Below are positions 47,221-57,236 of a stretch of DNA of 64,000 nt, one piece after another. Both the position numbers and the translations under genes were made by a program. The notes beneath the pieces are model-generated. The model worked only from the letters and a program-made list of their open reading frames with translations, was not told the origin of the DNA and did no database searches. How positions within the stretch are numbered: the first letter of the stretch is position 1; each line of letters starts with the position of its first letter. Source of the stretch: Minisyncoccia bacterium (GTDB lineage Bacteria > Patescibacteriota > Minisyncoccia > Phycocordibacterales > SBAW01); the NCBI GenBank assembly GCA_049997855.1, contig JBEKSG010000001.1:58059-122058 (forward strand). Reading direction: 5' to 3'.

Positions 47221-49026
47221 ATGAACGAAAAGGAACTCATACAGCAAAGAGACAATCAGATACTCCGGCTCCAAAAGGAAGTCGAGAAACTGAAGAAGTC
47301 CATAAAAACACAACGGTATGGCATCGTCTGGGCCGATGTACCCGAGGCCTTCGAGGACGATGTAGAGAACAAGCTACCCGTACTCGAAGAGGTGCCAAAA
47401 CTCGCAATAAAGAGCAAGGACGACAAGCCGACGCACATACTCATCGAAGGCGACAACTACCACGCGCTCACGTGCCTCAACTACACGCACAAGGGCAAAG
47501 TGGACGTGATTTACATAGACCCGCCCTACAACACGGGCTCGGACGGCTTCCGCTACAGGGACAAGCGCATCCTCGATAAGTATCCTGACGGTACAGACGT
47601 GCCACAGGACCATCCGTTCAGACATAGCTACTGGTTGTCGTTTATGAAAAAACGCCTCGAACTCGCAAAGGACTTGCTCAAAGATGACGGCGTTATTTTC
47701 ATCAGCATTGACATAAATGAGATGGCCCAACTCAAGCTACTCGCCGATGAGGTCTTTGAAAACAACCTGATTAGCTTGATTACAGTAAAGGTAAAGGACC
47801 CTGCTGGTGTTGGCCAACAGAGCTTTATCTTCGATGTAGCCGAGTACGTCTTGATGTATGCAAAAAACACAGCGACGTTCAAAGCCAAGCACCAAGACCT
47901 TCCACTGGATTACGAAGAGTTGAATGAACAGTACGGGAGCTATAACAAAGTAGTGCTTGATTTTGGGAAGCCGAAGCTCGTAAAAGAGATTACGCGGCAA
48001 AATGTTGGTGCGATAAAAATCTATCAATGTCAGGACGCAGAAATTGGAAGGACGACGAACTTCACTTTCAAGGAGTACATCAAGAAGCGCGACACCATTT
48101 TTGCTGACTACAATCCAAGCGGCGGGATGATACTCGCCATCAGAGACCAGATACCGAAGAAGGGTCTGGCTTACATAGAATACGTCCCCACGAAAGGTAG
48201 AAATGCAGGGCAGATGACAAAGGGCTACTTTTTGAACGGCAGAATACTCGCGTGGCTCTCTACTGTCGCCAAGTACGAGAACGGTGTTTTGCGTAAACAG
48301 ACAAAAATGAGTAACGTCTGGAATGTTGCCAACGCCTCTCTTCATTTGGAAGGCAATGTTGATTTTACAAACGGAAAGAAACCCTTGGAGCTAGTAGAAA
48401 AGCTCATAGGAATGTTCAACATCCCGAACGGTCTGGTGCTCGACTTCTTCGCTGGGTCAGGCACGACAGGAGAAGCTGTTATGTCCCTGAACGCGACAGA
48501 TGCCGGAAAGCGACAGTTCATTTTGATTACGAATAACGACGAAATTACGAATGGAAAGACACAAAAGATAATGTCGGACGTTTGCTATCCGCGCATAAAA
48601 AACAGTATCAAGGGTTACAGAAGTAGGAAGGGGCTGGGCAACTCAATCAAGTTCTACAAGACCAGTTTTGTCGGTAAACACAACATTCTCGATGCGGATG
48701 ACAAAGACAGGGTACAACTCGCACATCATGCAGGAGAGATGTTGAGCATCGCAGAAAATACGCTCGACGCGGTCGAGAAAACCGACCACTGGCAGGTCTT
48801 CGAGAGCCGCGAGCGCTTCACAGCCGTTTATTTCCGCGAGGAGTACGACAAACTGGATGCCTTCATCGCGATGGTCAAGAAGCTCAAGAAACCTGTAACG
48901 GTCTACGTCTTCAGCTGGGAAGACGACCCGTACATCGCGGACTTCGAGGACCACGGCAACATCACAGTCAAGACGATACCGGAGCCGATAGTTGAGATTT
49001 ACAAGCAAATCTACAACCTTGTATGA
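47221..49026 (+). CDS. mod: Type III R-M DNA methyltransferase (Mod)
   Basis: IEGDNYHAL, IYIDPPYNTG, KKPLEL, LDFFAGSGTTG. Confidence 0.93.
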   Translation: MNEKELIQQRDNQILRLQKEVEKLKKSIKTQRYGIVWADVPEAFEDDVENKLPVLEEVPKLAIKSKDDKPTHILIEGDNYHALTCLNYTHKGKVDVIYIDPPYNTGSDGFRYRDKRILDKYPDGTDVPQDHPFRHSYWLSFMKKRLELAKDLLKDDGVIFISIDINEMAQLKLLADEVFENNLISLITVKVKDPAGVGQQSFIFDVAEYVLMYAKNTATFKAKHQDLPLDYEELNEQYGSYNKVVLDFGKPKLVKEITRQNVGAIKIYQCQDAEIGRTTNFTFKEYIKKRDTIFADYNPSGGMILAIRDQIPKKGLAYIEYVPTKGRNAGQMTKGYFLNGRILAWLSTVAKYENGVLRKQTKMSNVWNVANASLHLEGNVDFTNGKKPLELVEKLIGMFNIPNGLVLDFFAGSGTTGEAVMSLNATDAGKRQFILITNNDEITNGKTQKIMSDVCYPRIKNSIKGYRSRKGLGNSIKFYKTSFVGKHNILDADDKDRVQLAHHAGEMLSIAENTLDAVEKTDHWQVFESRERFTAVYFREEYDKLDAFIAMVKKLKKPVTVYVFSWEDDPYIADFEDHGNITVKTIPEPIVEIYKQIYNLV

Positions 49027-51398
49027 ACCTCAACCCGCTCAAGTTCCAGAGAGATGGCGTAGATACACTCACAACGCGCTTCCTTGCACTATGGAAGAAG
49101 AAAGGCCGCCAGTTGCCACTAGTGCTCAAAGCCCCGACGGGTAGCGGCAAGACCTACGTTGCCGCGCTCTTCGTGCGTGGTTTGAACCACCTGCCACAGT
49201 GGGATGAGGATAAGGCGTTCATCTGGATTACTTTTAGCGACGACCTTGCAATGCAGAGCAGGGACAAGTTCCGCGCGTACTTCGAGAACACTCTCGAGAA
49301 TGGATTGCTCACGGTCCAAGACATCAACCGCGGCAAACTCAATCCGAATGACATCCTTTTCTTGAACTGGCAGAAGGTTGTGTCAGTCGCCGCAGAAAAC
49401 CGCACCTTGCGCCGTCCTGATGACGAAGAGATGCGCAAAGAAAGCGGCAAGTATTTTGAGGACGTGATTGACGCGACGAAGCGAGACGCCCGCGAGATTA
49501 TCCTCATCATAGACGAAGCACACACGCACGTTTCGACCGTACTTGCGCAGAAGATAATTGACTACATAGACCCGAAGGTCGTGCTCCACGTTTCTGCAAC
49601 GCCCGACCCGAGCATCATTGCTCAAGCGGCCGAGAACGACAGCTTCATAAAGCTCGACCGCGATGCAGTCGTGGCACAAGGGCTCATCAAAGAGAGTATC
49701 GTATCGCAGACGACCGATGACCTGAAAGGAATGGGCCGCAAAGACCTCGACGAAGTGCTACTTGAGCTTGGAATGGAAAAACGCGAAGAGATTGTGAGGG
49801 AGTATAAGAAGTTAGGCAAGGACGTGAACCCTCTGATGCTCATACAGCTTCCGAATGACGACAAGGACCTCATTGACGCTGGCGAACGCACAAAAGAAGA
49901 AGTTGTGATGTCGTATCTGCTCAAGCGTGGTATGAAGGAGCACAAGATAGGCCGTTGGTTCGACGGCAAGAAGGAAAATATGACGGGCATTACGGAAAAC
50001 GACAGCGATGTTGATTTTATGCTCTTCAAGCAAGCAGCGGGCACGGGCTGGGACTGTCCACGCGCCTCGGTCTTGGTCATGTTCCGCGAAGTTCGCTCCG
50101 ATAAGTTCTACACGCAGACAGTCGGTCGCATCCTGCGCATGCCGGAGCCGCAGTTGAAGGATAACTACAAGGACAGCCCGCTTCTGCGTCGCGGTTATCT
50201 CTACACGAACTACAAGCGCGAGCAGGTAAAGGTGCCCGACGAAGATGAGAAGAACAAAGCACAAACGCAAGCTGCGTTCATCAAAGATGGTATCAAGAAC
50301 ATTACGCTTCAGTCTGACTACATCTCGCGCGTGGATTATGGCGACATACCGAGGTCGTGGACGTTTCAAGAGAACTTCCGCAACTCGATGAATGTCTACT
50401 TCAAAATCGGCAAAGATGACATTCTCGGGAAGGCAGAGAAGAAGCTCAAAGACGCGCGTCTCGACCTAGATGATACTCTCTTGAACTCTGTCGTCGCGAA
50501 CGCGCAGTTCGAGGACTTCGACCAGCTGTCGCTTGAGTTCGCGAAGCAAGGCACAGACGTGTCGCTCGAGATGTCGGTAAGTGATGTCGAAAAAACCTTC
50601 AACTACCTTTGCTATCAGCTGCTCAAAGAGCAACAGGATGAGCAAGCAAAATACTCCAACGTTGCACGTTCGTGGAGCGTCCTCAAGTCGGCTATTCGTA
50701 TCTGGTTCAAGGGCGTGCTTGGCGACGACAGCACCTACTACTACCGCGTGTTCGTGAAGGACATACAGAAAGGCCCCGAGAGCGTTCTACGCCCTGCGAT
50801 TACGAAAGCCCTTCGCGACTTCAAGCCGATAGCGCGTAAGCTCGTCGAGGAAAAGAAGAAGGAAGCCGAGACGAAGGAGGCCCCGACCTTCTCAATCCAA
50901 AGGGAGTACACCTACACCGACGACTACGAGGCAGTGCCACAAAAACTCTGCGCCCTCGACAAGTTCTTTGTGCTTCGCACCTACAGCGGCAAGGCAAACG
51001 AGACGAAGTTCGCATCCTATCTCGATAAGAAGGGCGGCAAAATCGCGTGGTGGTTCAAGAACGGCAATCAGGGCAAAGACTACTTTGCAGTACGCTACAT
51101 AAACTCATCAACGAAAGGAGAAGAGCTTTTCTACCCCGATTGGATAATCCTCTTCAAGGACGGGACTATCGGCATTTTCGATACAAAGAAAGGTCGCACG
51201 CTCACTGACCTCGAGACGGCAGATAAGGCCGCCGCGCTCCAGAAGAAGCTCAAGGAGTTCGGCAAGAAGTACGTCGGGGGCATCGTCCAAGAAGAAGCGG
51301 GTGTCTGGTATTACAATGATAGACCAAACTACAGCTTCAAGGATGGGCAGTCGGTCAACGATAGTAAGGACTGGAAGCCGTTTGAAAGTCTATTTTAG
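49023..51398 (+). CDS. res: Type III R-M restriction subunit (Res)
   Basis: APTGSGKT, IIDEAH, SATP, GWDCPRA, QTVGRILR, FYPDW..DTK. Confidence 0.92.
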   Translation: MNLNPLKFQRDGVDTLTTRFLALWKKKGRQLPLVLKAPTGSGKTYVAALFVRGLNHLPQWDEDKAFIWITFSDDLAMQSRDKFRAYFENTLENGLLTVQDINRGKLNPNDILFLNWQKVVSVAAENRTLRRPDDEEMRKESGKYFEDVIDATKRDAREIILIIDEAHTHVSTVLAQKIIDYIDPKVVLHVSATPDPSIIAQAAENDSFIKLDRDAVVAQGLIKESIVSQTTDDLKGMGRKDLDEVLLELGMEKREEIVREYKKLGKDVNPLMLIQLPNDDKDLIDAGERTKEEVVMSYLLKRGMKEHKIGRWFDGKKENMTGITENDSDVDFMLFKQAAGTGWDCPRASVLVMFREVRSDKFYTQTVGRILRMPEPQLKDNYKDSPLLRRGYLYTNYKREQVKVPDEDEKNKAQTQAAFIKDGIKNITLQSDYISRVDYGDIPRSWTFQENFRNSMNVYFKIGKDDILGKAEKKLKDARLDLDDTLLNSVVANAQFEDFDQLSLEFAKQGTDVSLEMSVSDVEKTFNYLCYQLLKEQQDEQAKYSNVARSWSVLKSAIRIWFKGVLGDDSTYYYRVFVKDIQKGPESVLRPAITKALRDFKPIARKLVEEKKKEAETKEAPTFSIQREYTYTDDYEAVPQKLCALDKFFVLRTYSGKANETKFASYLDKKGGKIAWWFKNGNQGKDYFAVRYINSSTKGEELFYPDWIILFKDGTIGIFDTKKGRTLTDLETADKAAALQKKLKEFGKKYVGGIVQEEAGVWYYNDRPNYSFKDGQSVNDSKDWKPFESLF

Positions 51399-51400
51399 CT

Positions 51401-52927
51401 ATGAAAGCAGTTGAGGTATCACGAGTATCGACCGAAGAACAAAAGGATGCGGGCAACTCGCTTCCGGCTCAAAGCGAACGCATAAAAAACTACTGCAAGC
51501 GCAAGGACTTCGACATAGCTGCGTCGTTCAGCTTCGATGAGAGCGCCTACAAGACCAAACGCGATGAGTTCGACAAACTGCTCACATTCGTTGAAGAAGC
51601 CATCAAAAAAGAGAAGCTGGCCGTTTGTTTCGATAAAGTGGACCGGCTTTCGCGTAGCGTTTTTGACAAGCGTGTTGCTCGACTGTACGAACTTGCCATT
51701 GCCGACAAGATAGAGCTGCACTTCGTCTCGGACGGGCAGGTCATAAACGCTCAGATGTCGGCTGTCGAGAAGTTCCAGTTCGGCATGAGCTTGGGCCTTG
51801 CAAAGTACTACTCGGACGCTATCAGCGACAACGTAAAGCGAGCGTTCGAGCAGAAGCGCCGGAAGGGCGAATGGACCGGCCCTGCGCCCTTGGGCTATCT
51901 CAACGTGGCTCTCGACGCAGAAAAGCGGCTTCGTAAGGACATCATTGTCGACCCCGAACGAGCACACCTCATCGAGCGCCTTTTCCTGCTGTACGCGACC
52001 GGCAACTACTCAATCACGACAGTGCATGAAGAGATAACACGCCTCGGGCTTCGTGGCCGCGAAGGAAACGTGTTGGCCCGCAGCAACATCGAGTTCACTC
52101 TCAAGAACCCTTTCTATTACGGTTTCGCACGACCACGCAAAGGTGCTCCGTATCCACACAAGTACAAGACGATAATCTCGCGTGAGCTTTTCGACCGCGT
52201 ACAGTCGGTTTTTTACAGCCGCCACAAAGCAACTTCGAAGCCGCTGTCCGACCTCTTTATCTTCAAAGGGCTTTTGCACTGCGACCACTGCGGCTGCGTC
52301 ATGTCGCCAGAGATAAAGAAGGGCCGTTTTATCTACTACTCCTGCACGAACGCCAAAAGGACCTGCAAACGCGTGTATGTGCGCGAGGAAGAGCTTCTGA
52401 AGCCCGTACAGGACGTTTTCAAGGCCTTTGAGAAGATACCGGCCGACGTTGAGAAGCGGCTTTTGAAGGAACTGCGCGACCTCAACGAAAGCGAGGTTGA
52501 GTACAACAAGAAAGAGCTGGTCCGTATCCGAGCCGAGTACGACCGCGTACAGAACCTCATCGACGGCTACATGGACATGCTCGCCGACAAGAGTATTACC
52601 AAGGATGACTATGACAAAAAACTGGAAAAGCTAAAAGACCGGCAGTACCGGTTGAACATCGAAGCGGAAGAACATACGAAAGCCGACCACGACTACAAAC
52701 TGACCATCTCCCACGTGTTTTCTATGTCGCGCCGCATGGGCGCCATCTTCGAGAGTTCGGAAGTGCCCGAGAAAAGGGCTATTTTGAACTTCTTACTTCA
52801 GAACCCGAAGGTATCAGACAAAAAGCTAGTGTTTACAATGGCAAAACCGTTTGATGCCGTACTCGAACTAGCTAACTGTCCAACTGGGCTCCGCGACCAG
52901 GACTCGAACCTGGAACCAACTCCTTAA
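51401..52927 (+). CDS. Large serine recombinase (integrase)
   Basis: SRVSTEEQ, DRLSR, APLGY, LKNPFYYG, CDHCG..YYSC zinc ribbon, coiled coil; 3' end overlaps the tRNA antisense. Confidence 0.95.
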   Translation: MKAVEVSRVSTEEQKDAGNSLPAQSERIKNYCKRKDFDIAASFSFDESAYKTKRDEFDKLLTFVEEAIKKEKLAVCFDKVDRLSRSVFDKRVARLYELAIADKIELHFVSDGQVINAQMSAVEKFQFGMSLGLAKYYSDAISDNVKRAFEQKRRKGEWTGPAPLGYLNVALDAEKRLRKDIIVDPERAHLIERLFLLYATGNYSITTVHEEITRLGLRGREGNVLARSNIEFTLKNPFYYGFARPRKGAPYPHKYKTIISRELFDRVQSVFYSRHKATSKPLSDLFIFKGLLHCDHCGCVMSPEIKKGRFIYYSCTNAKRTCKRVYVREEELLKPVQDVFKAFEKIPADVEKRLLKELRDLNESEVEYNKKELVRIRAEYDRVQNLIDGYMDMLADKSITKDDYDKKLEKLKDRQYRLNIEAEEHTKADHDYKLTISHVFSMSRRMGAIFESSEVPEKRAILNFLLQNPKVSDKKLVFTMAKPFDAVLELANCPTGLRDQDSNLEPTP

Positions 52928-52960
52928 CAGGGAGCTGCTCTACCATTGAGCTATCGCGGA
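52889..52960 (-). tRNA. tRNA-Asn (GTT)
   Basis: TCCGCGA acceptor stem, D arm GCTCAATGGTAGAGC, anticodon loop CTGTTAA, T arm CCAGGTTCGAGTCCTGG; CCA not encoded. Confidence 0.95.
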
Positions 52961-53049
52961 ATGTAAACAAACCTTAATACTATACATCTTTTTTCTTAAA
53001 AATCTAACCCTTTATTATATTATCTAGTCCCCTGGGGTATAATAAAAAT

Positions 53050-53415
53050 ATGAATTACAACATTAAAGGCACTGAGGTTGTTATTACTCCGGAGATCCGC
53101 GAGTATTTGGTAAAAAGGCTGGAGCGTTTCGACAAGTTTATGTCTGCCAAAGAAGCGGCGCGCGCCGATGTGGAGCTAGGTTATAAAGCTGGGGAAGAAA
53201 AAAGATATCGCGCTGAGATTATGTTGTTTGAACAGAGCTTACCCGTGCCACTGCGCGCCGTGGCGGAGGGTGGTGCTTTATACGAGGCAATAGACAAAGC
53301 GGCGGGAGATATTTTTATCGAGCTCACGCGCGAAAAAAAGAAGAAACAACACGTCTTTCGCCGCGGAGCGGCAAGGATTAAGGAATATATCCGCGGATTT
53401 CGCAGCCGGCCTTAG
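53050..53415 (+). CDS. hpf: Ribosome hibernation promoting factor (RaiA/HPF)
   Basis: NIKGTEVVITPEIREY..LYEAIDKA. Confidence 0.85.
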   Translation: MNYNIKGTEVVITPEIREYLVKRLERFDKFMSAKEAARADVELGYKAGEEKRYRAEIMLFEQSLPVPLRAVAEGGALYEAIDKAAGDIFIELTREKKKKQHVFRRGAARIKEYIRGFRSRP

Positions 53416-54305
53416 TTTTTTGCGCCGCGCACAAAGTCGGCATACGACATTTCTTTTTTACCCTCGGGGATAACGCAGGTGATAGTAAGCACACCATCAG
53501 CAAATTCGGCATCGGTGATGATGACGCGTTTCCCATCTGCGGTGACAACATGTGCGCGGGGATTTTTGTCGAACGCGCGTATTTGTAAAAAAGCTTGTCG
53601 AGGATTTTCAAATTCGATGAGGGCTTGCCCGTCCGAAGCCTTTAGGCGAAGGAGGGAGTCGGCGTCGGTAAATTTTCGGGTAAACGTCGCTTTGCTCTCA
53701 TCTTGTGGCTCGGGCGTTATTTTACCGGCTATCCACAACGGGAGCGTCTCGGCAAGCAGGTTGCCTCCCTCGGTGGCAAGCAGATCCTCAAACTGCGAGC
53801 CCGGCATCGGCCACGCCTCTTCCTCAAGCTCCACGCGCGCTTGGGCGACAATCGGCCCCGTGTCCATCTGCTCGCTCATCTGCATGATTGATACACCGGT
53901 CGTGTGCTCATCGGCCAGTATCGCCGAGAGAACAGGCGAGGGACCGCGGAACTTTGGTAAGAGCGACGGATGCACGTTTAATGCGCCGTGCCGCGGCATC
54001 TCAAGAAATTTTTTTGGTATGAGCTTGGCGTAGGCTGCAACCACAAACACATCCCACTCGGTATTTTGCAACTTAGCAAACAGCGCCTCGTCTTTAAGCG
54101 TGGCCGGCGTAAGCACATCAATGCCGCGCTCGAGCGCCCACTTTTTAGCGGGAGCCATTTTGAGTTCCATCCCGCGGTCGGCAGGCTTGTCAGGTGCCGT
54201 TATCACCAGTGCCGGCAGGAACCCGTGGCTCTCAAGTGCGTTTAAAACGGTGACCGCAAAATGCGGTGTGCCAAAAAAAGCAAAAAGCGGTTTTTTAGTG
54301 CTCAT
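53412..54305 (-). CDS. fmt: Methionyl-tRNA formyltransferase
   Basis: FFGTPHFA, NVHPSLLPKFRGPSP, MDTGPI. Confidence 0.95.
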   Translation of the reverse strand: MSTKKPLFAFFGTPHFAVTVLNALESHGFLPALVITAPDKPADRGMELKMAPAKKWALERGIDVLTPATLKDEALFAKLQNTEWDVFVVAAYAKLIPKKFLEMPRHGALNVHPSLLPKFRGPSPVLSAILADEHTTGVSIMQMSEQMDTGPIVAQARVELEEEAWPMPGSQFEDLLATEGGNLLAETLPLWIAGKITPEPQDESKATFTRKFTDADSLLRLKASDGQALIEFENPRQAFLQIRAFDKNPRAHVVTADGKRVIITDAEFADGVLTITCVIPEGKKEMSYADFVRGAKN

Positions 54306-54891
54306 GTATTTCCTTGTCTGTTACTTTATCGTCTGTAAGCTTGATAGCTTTGTCGGTGTAAAGAATGCCTTCCAAGTGGTCGCATTCGTGTTGAAAGATG
54401 TGCGCTAGAAGCCCGCTTGCATGGTAGATAAAAGGCTTGCCGGTTTCGTTGAGCGCTTTAACGGTAGCTTTTTCGTGGCGCATCACAGTACCGTATTTGC
54501 CGCGCACCGAGAGACAGCCCTCCGACTTTTCTTTTTGTTTGCGAGAGAGCCGTGTGAGCTCCGGATTTATAAACACCAGATCAGGAGGAGAGAAGTGACC
54601 TGGGCGTGAACGCCGATACAGAGCGGAACTCTGTGGAGGGTGAGCGGAAAGGTCACTCCTCTCCTCCGACAGCTCTTTCTCCTCAAAAACACGTCCACTT
54701 ATGACAAACATGCGCAACGACTCGCCGATTTGTGGAGCGGCAATGGCGACGCCAAAATCCTCTTTAGATAAGGCTTTCTTCATGCGGGCGATGATTTTTT
54801 TTATAGCGGGCGATGTAACATCTTTTTTGGCGACCGGTTTTGCCTTTTGCCGCAAAATCAGAGCTCCCGCCTGCACGATTGGGTCTTTCAT
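54295..54891 (-). CDS. def: Peptide deformylase (with internal insertion)
   Basis: GVAIAAPQIG, EGCLSV, QHECDHLEG. Confidence 0.95.
   Translation of the reverse strand: MKDPIVQAGALILRQKAKPVAKKDVTSPAIKKIIARMKKALSKEDFGVAIAAPQIGESLRMFVISGRVFEEKELSEERSDLSAHPPQSSALYRRSRPGHFSPPDLVFINPELTRLSRKQKEKSEGCLSVRGKYGTVMRHEKATVKALNETGKPFIYHASGLLAHIFQHECDHLEGILYTDKAIKLTDDKVTDKEIHEH
54584..54667. repeat. 84-bp palindromic element in frame inside def
   Basis: 18-bp arms matching 17/18, with two internal hairpins. Confidence 0.75.
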
Positions 54892-54972
54892 ACGAGATTT
54901 TTATTATGCCATGTTTAGAAAAAAAAGAAAGGGAGGCTCAAAAAAACGCCGCAATTGGTGTATAGTACACAT

Positions 54973-56154
54973 ATGTGGCTCGGTAAAACCAAAGAGGTTG
55001 ATACTCAAGGAGATTTTGGCTATCTTGCGCCGGGGTCGTACTATTTTGACTCGGCGTGTCAGACGCTCCGACCCTCGCAGGTCATCGAAGCGCAGCGCTC
55101 CTATTTTGAAACCTTTAACGCCTGCGGCGGCCGGGTGTCATATCCGTGGGGAGAAAAGGTGGATGAAATAACCGAGCATGTGCGCACGGCGATGCTCGAC
55201 TATTTTGAGCTTTCGGCAAAGGAATACGCGGTTTCTTTTACGCTCAATACAACGTACGGGATTAATCTTTTACTTTCACAATTGCCGAGGGGTAAGTATG
55301 CGCGCGTTGTTACCTCGGAGATCGAGCACAACTCGGTGTTCTTGCCAACCATCTCACTTGCAAAACGGCTTGGCATCCCGCGCGTGATATTGTCGCGCGC
55401 CGAAGACGGCGCGCTCCGCTACGAGCCGAGCGACCTTGAGCGCGCGATAGTGGTAGTTAACGCGCGCTCCAACTTTGATGCACAAGCGCTCCACAACTTA
55501 CACGAGCTGGTACAAGACACGCATGCCAAAGGCGGCATTGTAATACTTGACGCGGCGCAGGCAGCCACACACGAGCCAGCACTCCTCCGAGGATGCGGCG
55601 CCGATGCTATCGTCGCCTCGGCGCACAAGATGTACGGCCCAAGTCTCGGCGTTATGACTGTGCGCATCGCATTGCTCAACGAACTTGAGCTTTCGTTTGT
55701 CGGCGGCGGGATGGTGCGCGATGTCGAGGAGGATTCTTTTTTGCCGAGCATTGAGCCACACGACAGACTCGAGCCCGGGCTCCAAAATTATAGTGGCATC
55801 GTTGGGTTCGATGCGGCTATGCCACGCCTCGCGGCCTATGAGGCAAGCGGCAAAGAGGCGAAGCTTACAACGCAACTGTCAAAGTCGCTCAGCGAGTTGC
55901 CGCTTACCCTTATTACCTCCAAGCCAAGCTCTATTGTGAGTTTTTACAGCGAAAAGGTAGACTCGAATCGTCTCGCGCTTTTTTTGGCGGGGCAGGGTGT
56001 AATGGTGCGCAGTGGATACTTTTGTTGTCATTATTATCTCCAAAAAGTAAAACAGTATCCACCGCTCGTGCGCTTCTCGCTCGGGGCACACAATACGGAG
56101 GAGGACATTACGCATGCGATTTCAATAGTAAAAACAATTCTTAACAATATATAA
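54973..56154 (+). CDS. Cysteine desulfurase-like PLP enzyme (class V aminotransferase)
   Basis: YFDSAC, EHNS, DAAQ, SAHKMYGP, VRSGYFC. Confidence 0.85.
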   Translation: MWLGKTKEVDTQGDFGYLAPGSYYFDSACQTLRPSQVIEAQRSYFETFNACGGRVSYPWGEKVDEITEHVRTAMLDYFELSAKEYAVSFTLNTTYGINLLLSQLPRGKYARVVTSEIEHNSVFLPTISLAKRLGIPRVILSRAEDGALRYEPSDLERAIVVVNARSNFDAQALHNLHELVQDTHAKGGIVILDAAQAATHEPALLRGCGADAIVASAHKMYGPSLGVMTVRIALLNELELSFVGGGMVRDVEEDSFLPSIEPHDRLEPGLQNYSGIVGFDAAMPRLAAYEASGKEAKLTTQLSKSLSELPLTLITSKPSSIVSFYSEKVDSNRLALFLAGQGVMVRSGYFCCHYYLQKVKQYPPLVRFSLGAHNTEEDITHAISIVKTILNNI

Positions 56155-56157
56155 AAC

Positions 56158-57234
56158 ATGTTTTGCATTGCGGCTTTCATTATTTTATGCATCCTCGGGA
56201 TCTTTTCGGCCCGGTATCGCCGGCTTGCAGGCAAGGCGTGGTATTGCGTCTCGCGCAAACTAACCTTGAGGCCCTGCGAGATACGCTTTGACGAAGAGAT
56301 TAAAGGCAAACTATTAGGCAAGCTCATCCTCACGCATCCGCGCCTGGCGCGATTTTTGGGACGCTGGTTTGACGTGTTGGCATTTATTTTTGTGGTACTC
56401 AGCATTTGGAGTCTGGTAGTGGCGCTCATCGCCGGGCTCAATCTCTTTGTATATGGCACTTGCGATCCGCAAAATGCCGAGGCATGCTCCTTGAGTTCCG
56501 AGACGTGCTCTATCGCGAGCGCACAAGAAACATTTTGGCAATCGGTACTCGACAATCACGAGCTCCTATGGGCGTCTGAGCAAGTGGGCGACATCGGCGA
56601 GGCTATAACACGCATACCGGACAGGCTTAAAAACTGGAACGTCGCGGACTATATAACTACGGATAACACCTACTACGCACCGTTTGACGCGTCTAAACAA
56701 ACCGCGCTCGAAATCATCGACCCGGGTTGTATCTATTGCGCAAAATTATTTACCAATATTGAGGCGGCTGATTTTGAGCATAGTCACAACCTTACCTATA
56801 TTGTGTATCCGATTCCTAACCCCACCAAACCCGGCCAGTACAAGTTTAAAAACTCGTATCTCATTGCAGAGTATCTTGAGGCGGCCAAGCGCATTGCTCC
56901 GGCAACGGCAGGGAGCGTACCTCCCGATTGGCAAGTGCTCCAAGCGGTGTTTACCGGGGAGGATAGCAACGGCGCGCGGTTGCAAGATCTTTTTGACAGC
57001 TATTATACCACCGAACAGGCAACTATGGAGCTCCACACGCTCCTCCTTGCGGCAGGGTATGTGGAGAGCCAGCTATCAGCACTTGATAAAGAGGCCGCCT
57101 CGGCCGAGGTTGCGGGCGTACTCGCTGTGAATAAAGCAGTAGTCGAGCAGGAAATCCACACAGTTAAAATCCCGACTATCATTTTTGGCGGACAGCGTTA
57201 TAGCGAGGTGCTTACACCTGCGCAGTTGCGTTAA
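56158..57234 (+). CDS. Membrane-anchored thioredoxin-fold (DsbA-like) protein
   Basis: DPGCIYC, KIPTIIFGG; Cys-rich N-terminal membrane region. Confidence 0.7.
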   Translation: MFCIAAFIILCILGIFSARYRRLAGKAWYCVSRKLTLRPCEIRFDEEIKGKLLGKLILTHPRLARFLGRWFDVLAFIFVVLSIWSLVVALIAGLNLFVYGTCDPQNAEACSLSSETCSIASAQETFWQSVLDNHELLWASEQVGDIGEAITRIPDRLKNWNVADYITTDNTYYAPFDASKQTALEIIDPGCIYCAKLFTNIEAADFEHSHNLTYIVYPIPNPTKPGQYKFKNSYLIAEYLEAAKRIAPATAGSVPPDWQVLQAVFTGEDSNGARLQDLFDSYYTTEQATMELHTLLLAAGYVESQLSALDKEAASAEVAGVLAVNKAVVEQEIHTVKIPTIIFGGQRYSEVLTPAQLR

Positions 57235-57236
57235 TT

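Larger units (their letters stand above)
42471..52892. mobile_element. Integrative element (~10.4 kb) at the tRNA-Asn 3' end, bounded by GGGCTCC direct repeats
   Basis: GGGCTCC at 42471-42477 and 52886-52892; carries serine recombinase, Rep, excisionase-like HTH and type III R-M; reading frame is continuous across the joined ends. Confidence 0.8.

Noticed and set aside
42471-52892. Island as a prophage or conjugative element
   Set aside because: No capsid, terminase, tail, relaxase-coupling or T4SS genes were recognised.
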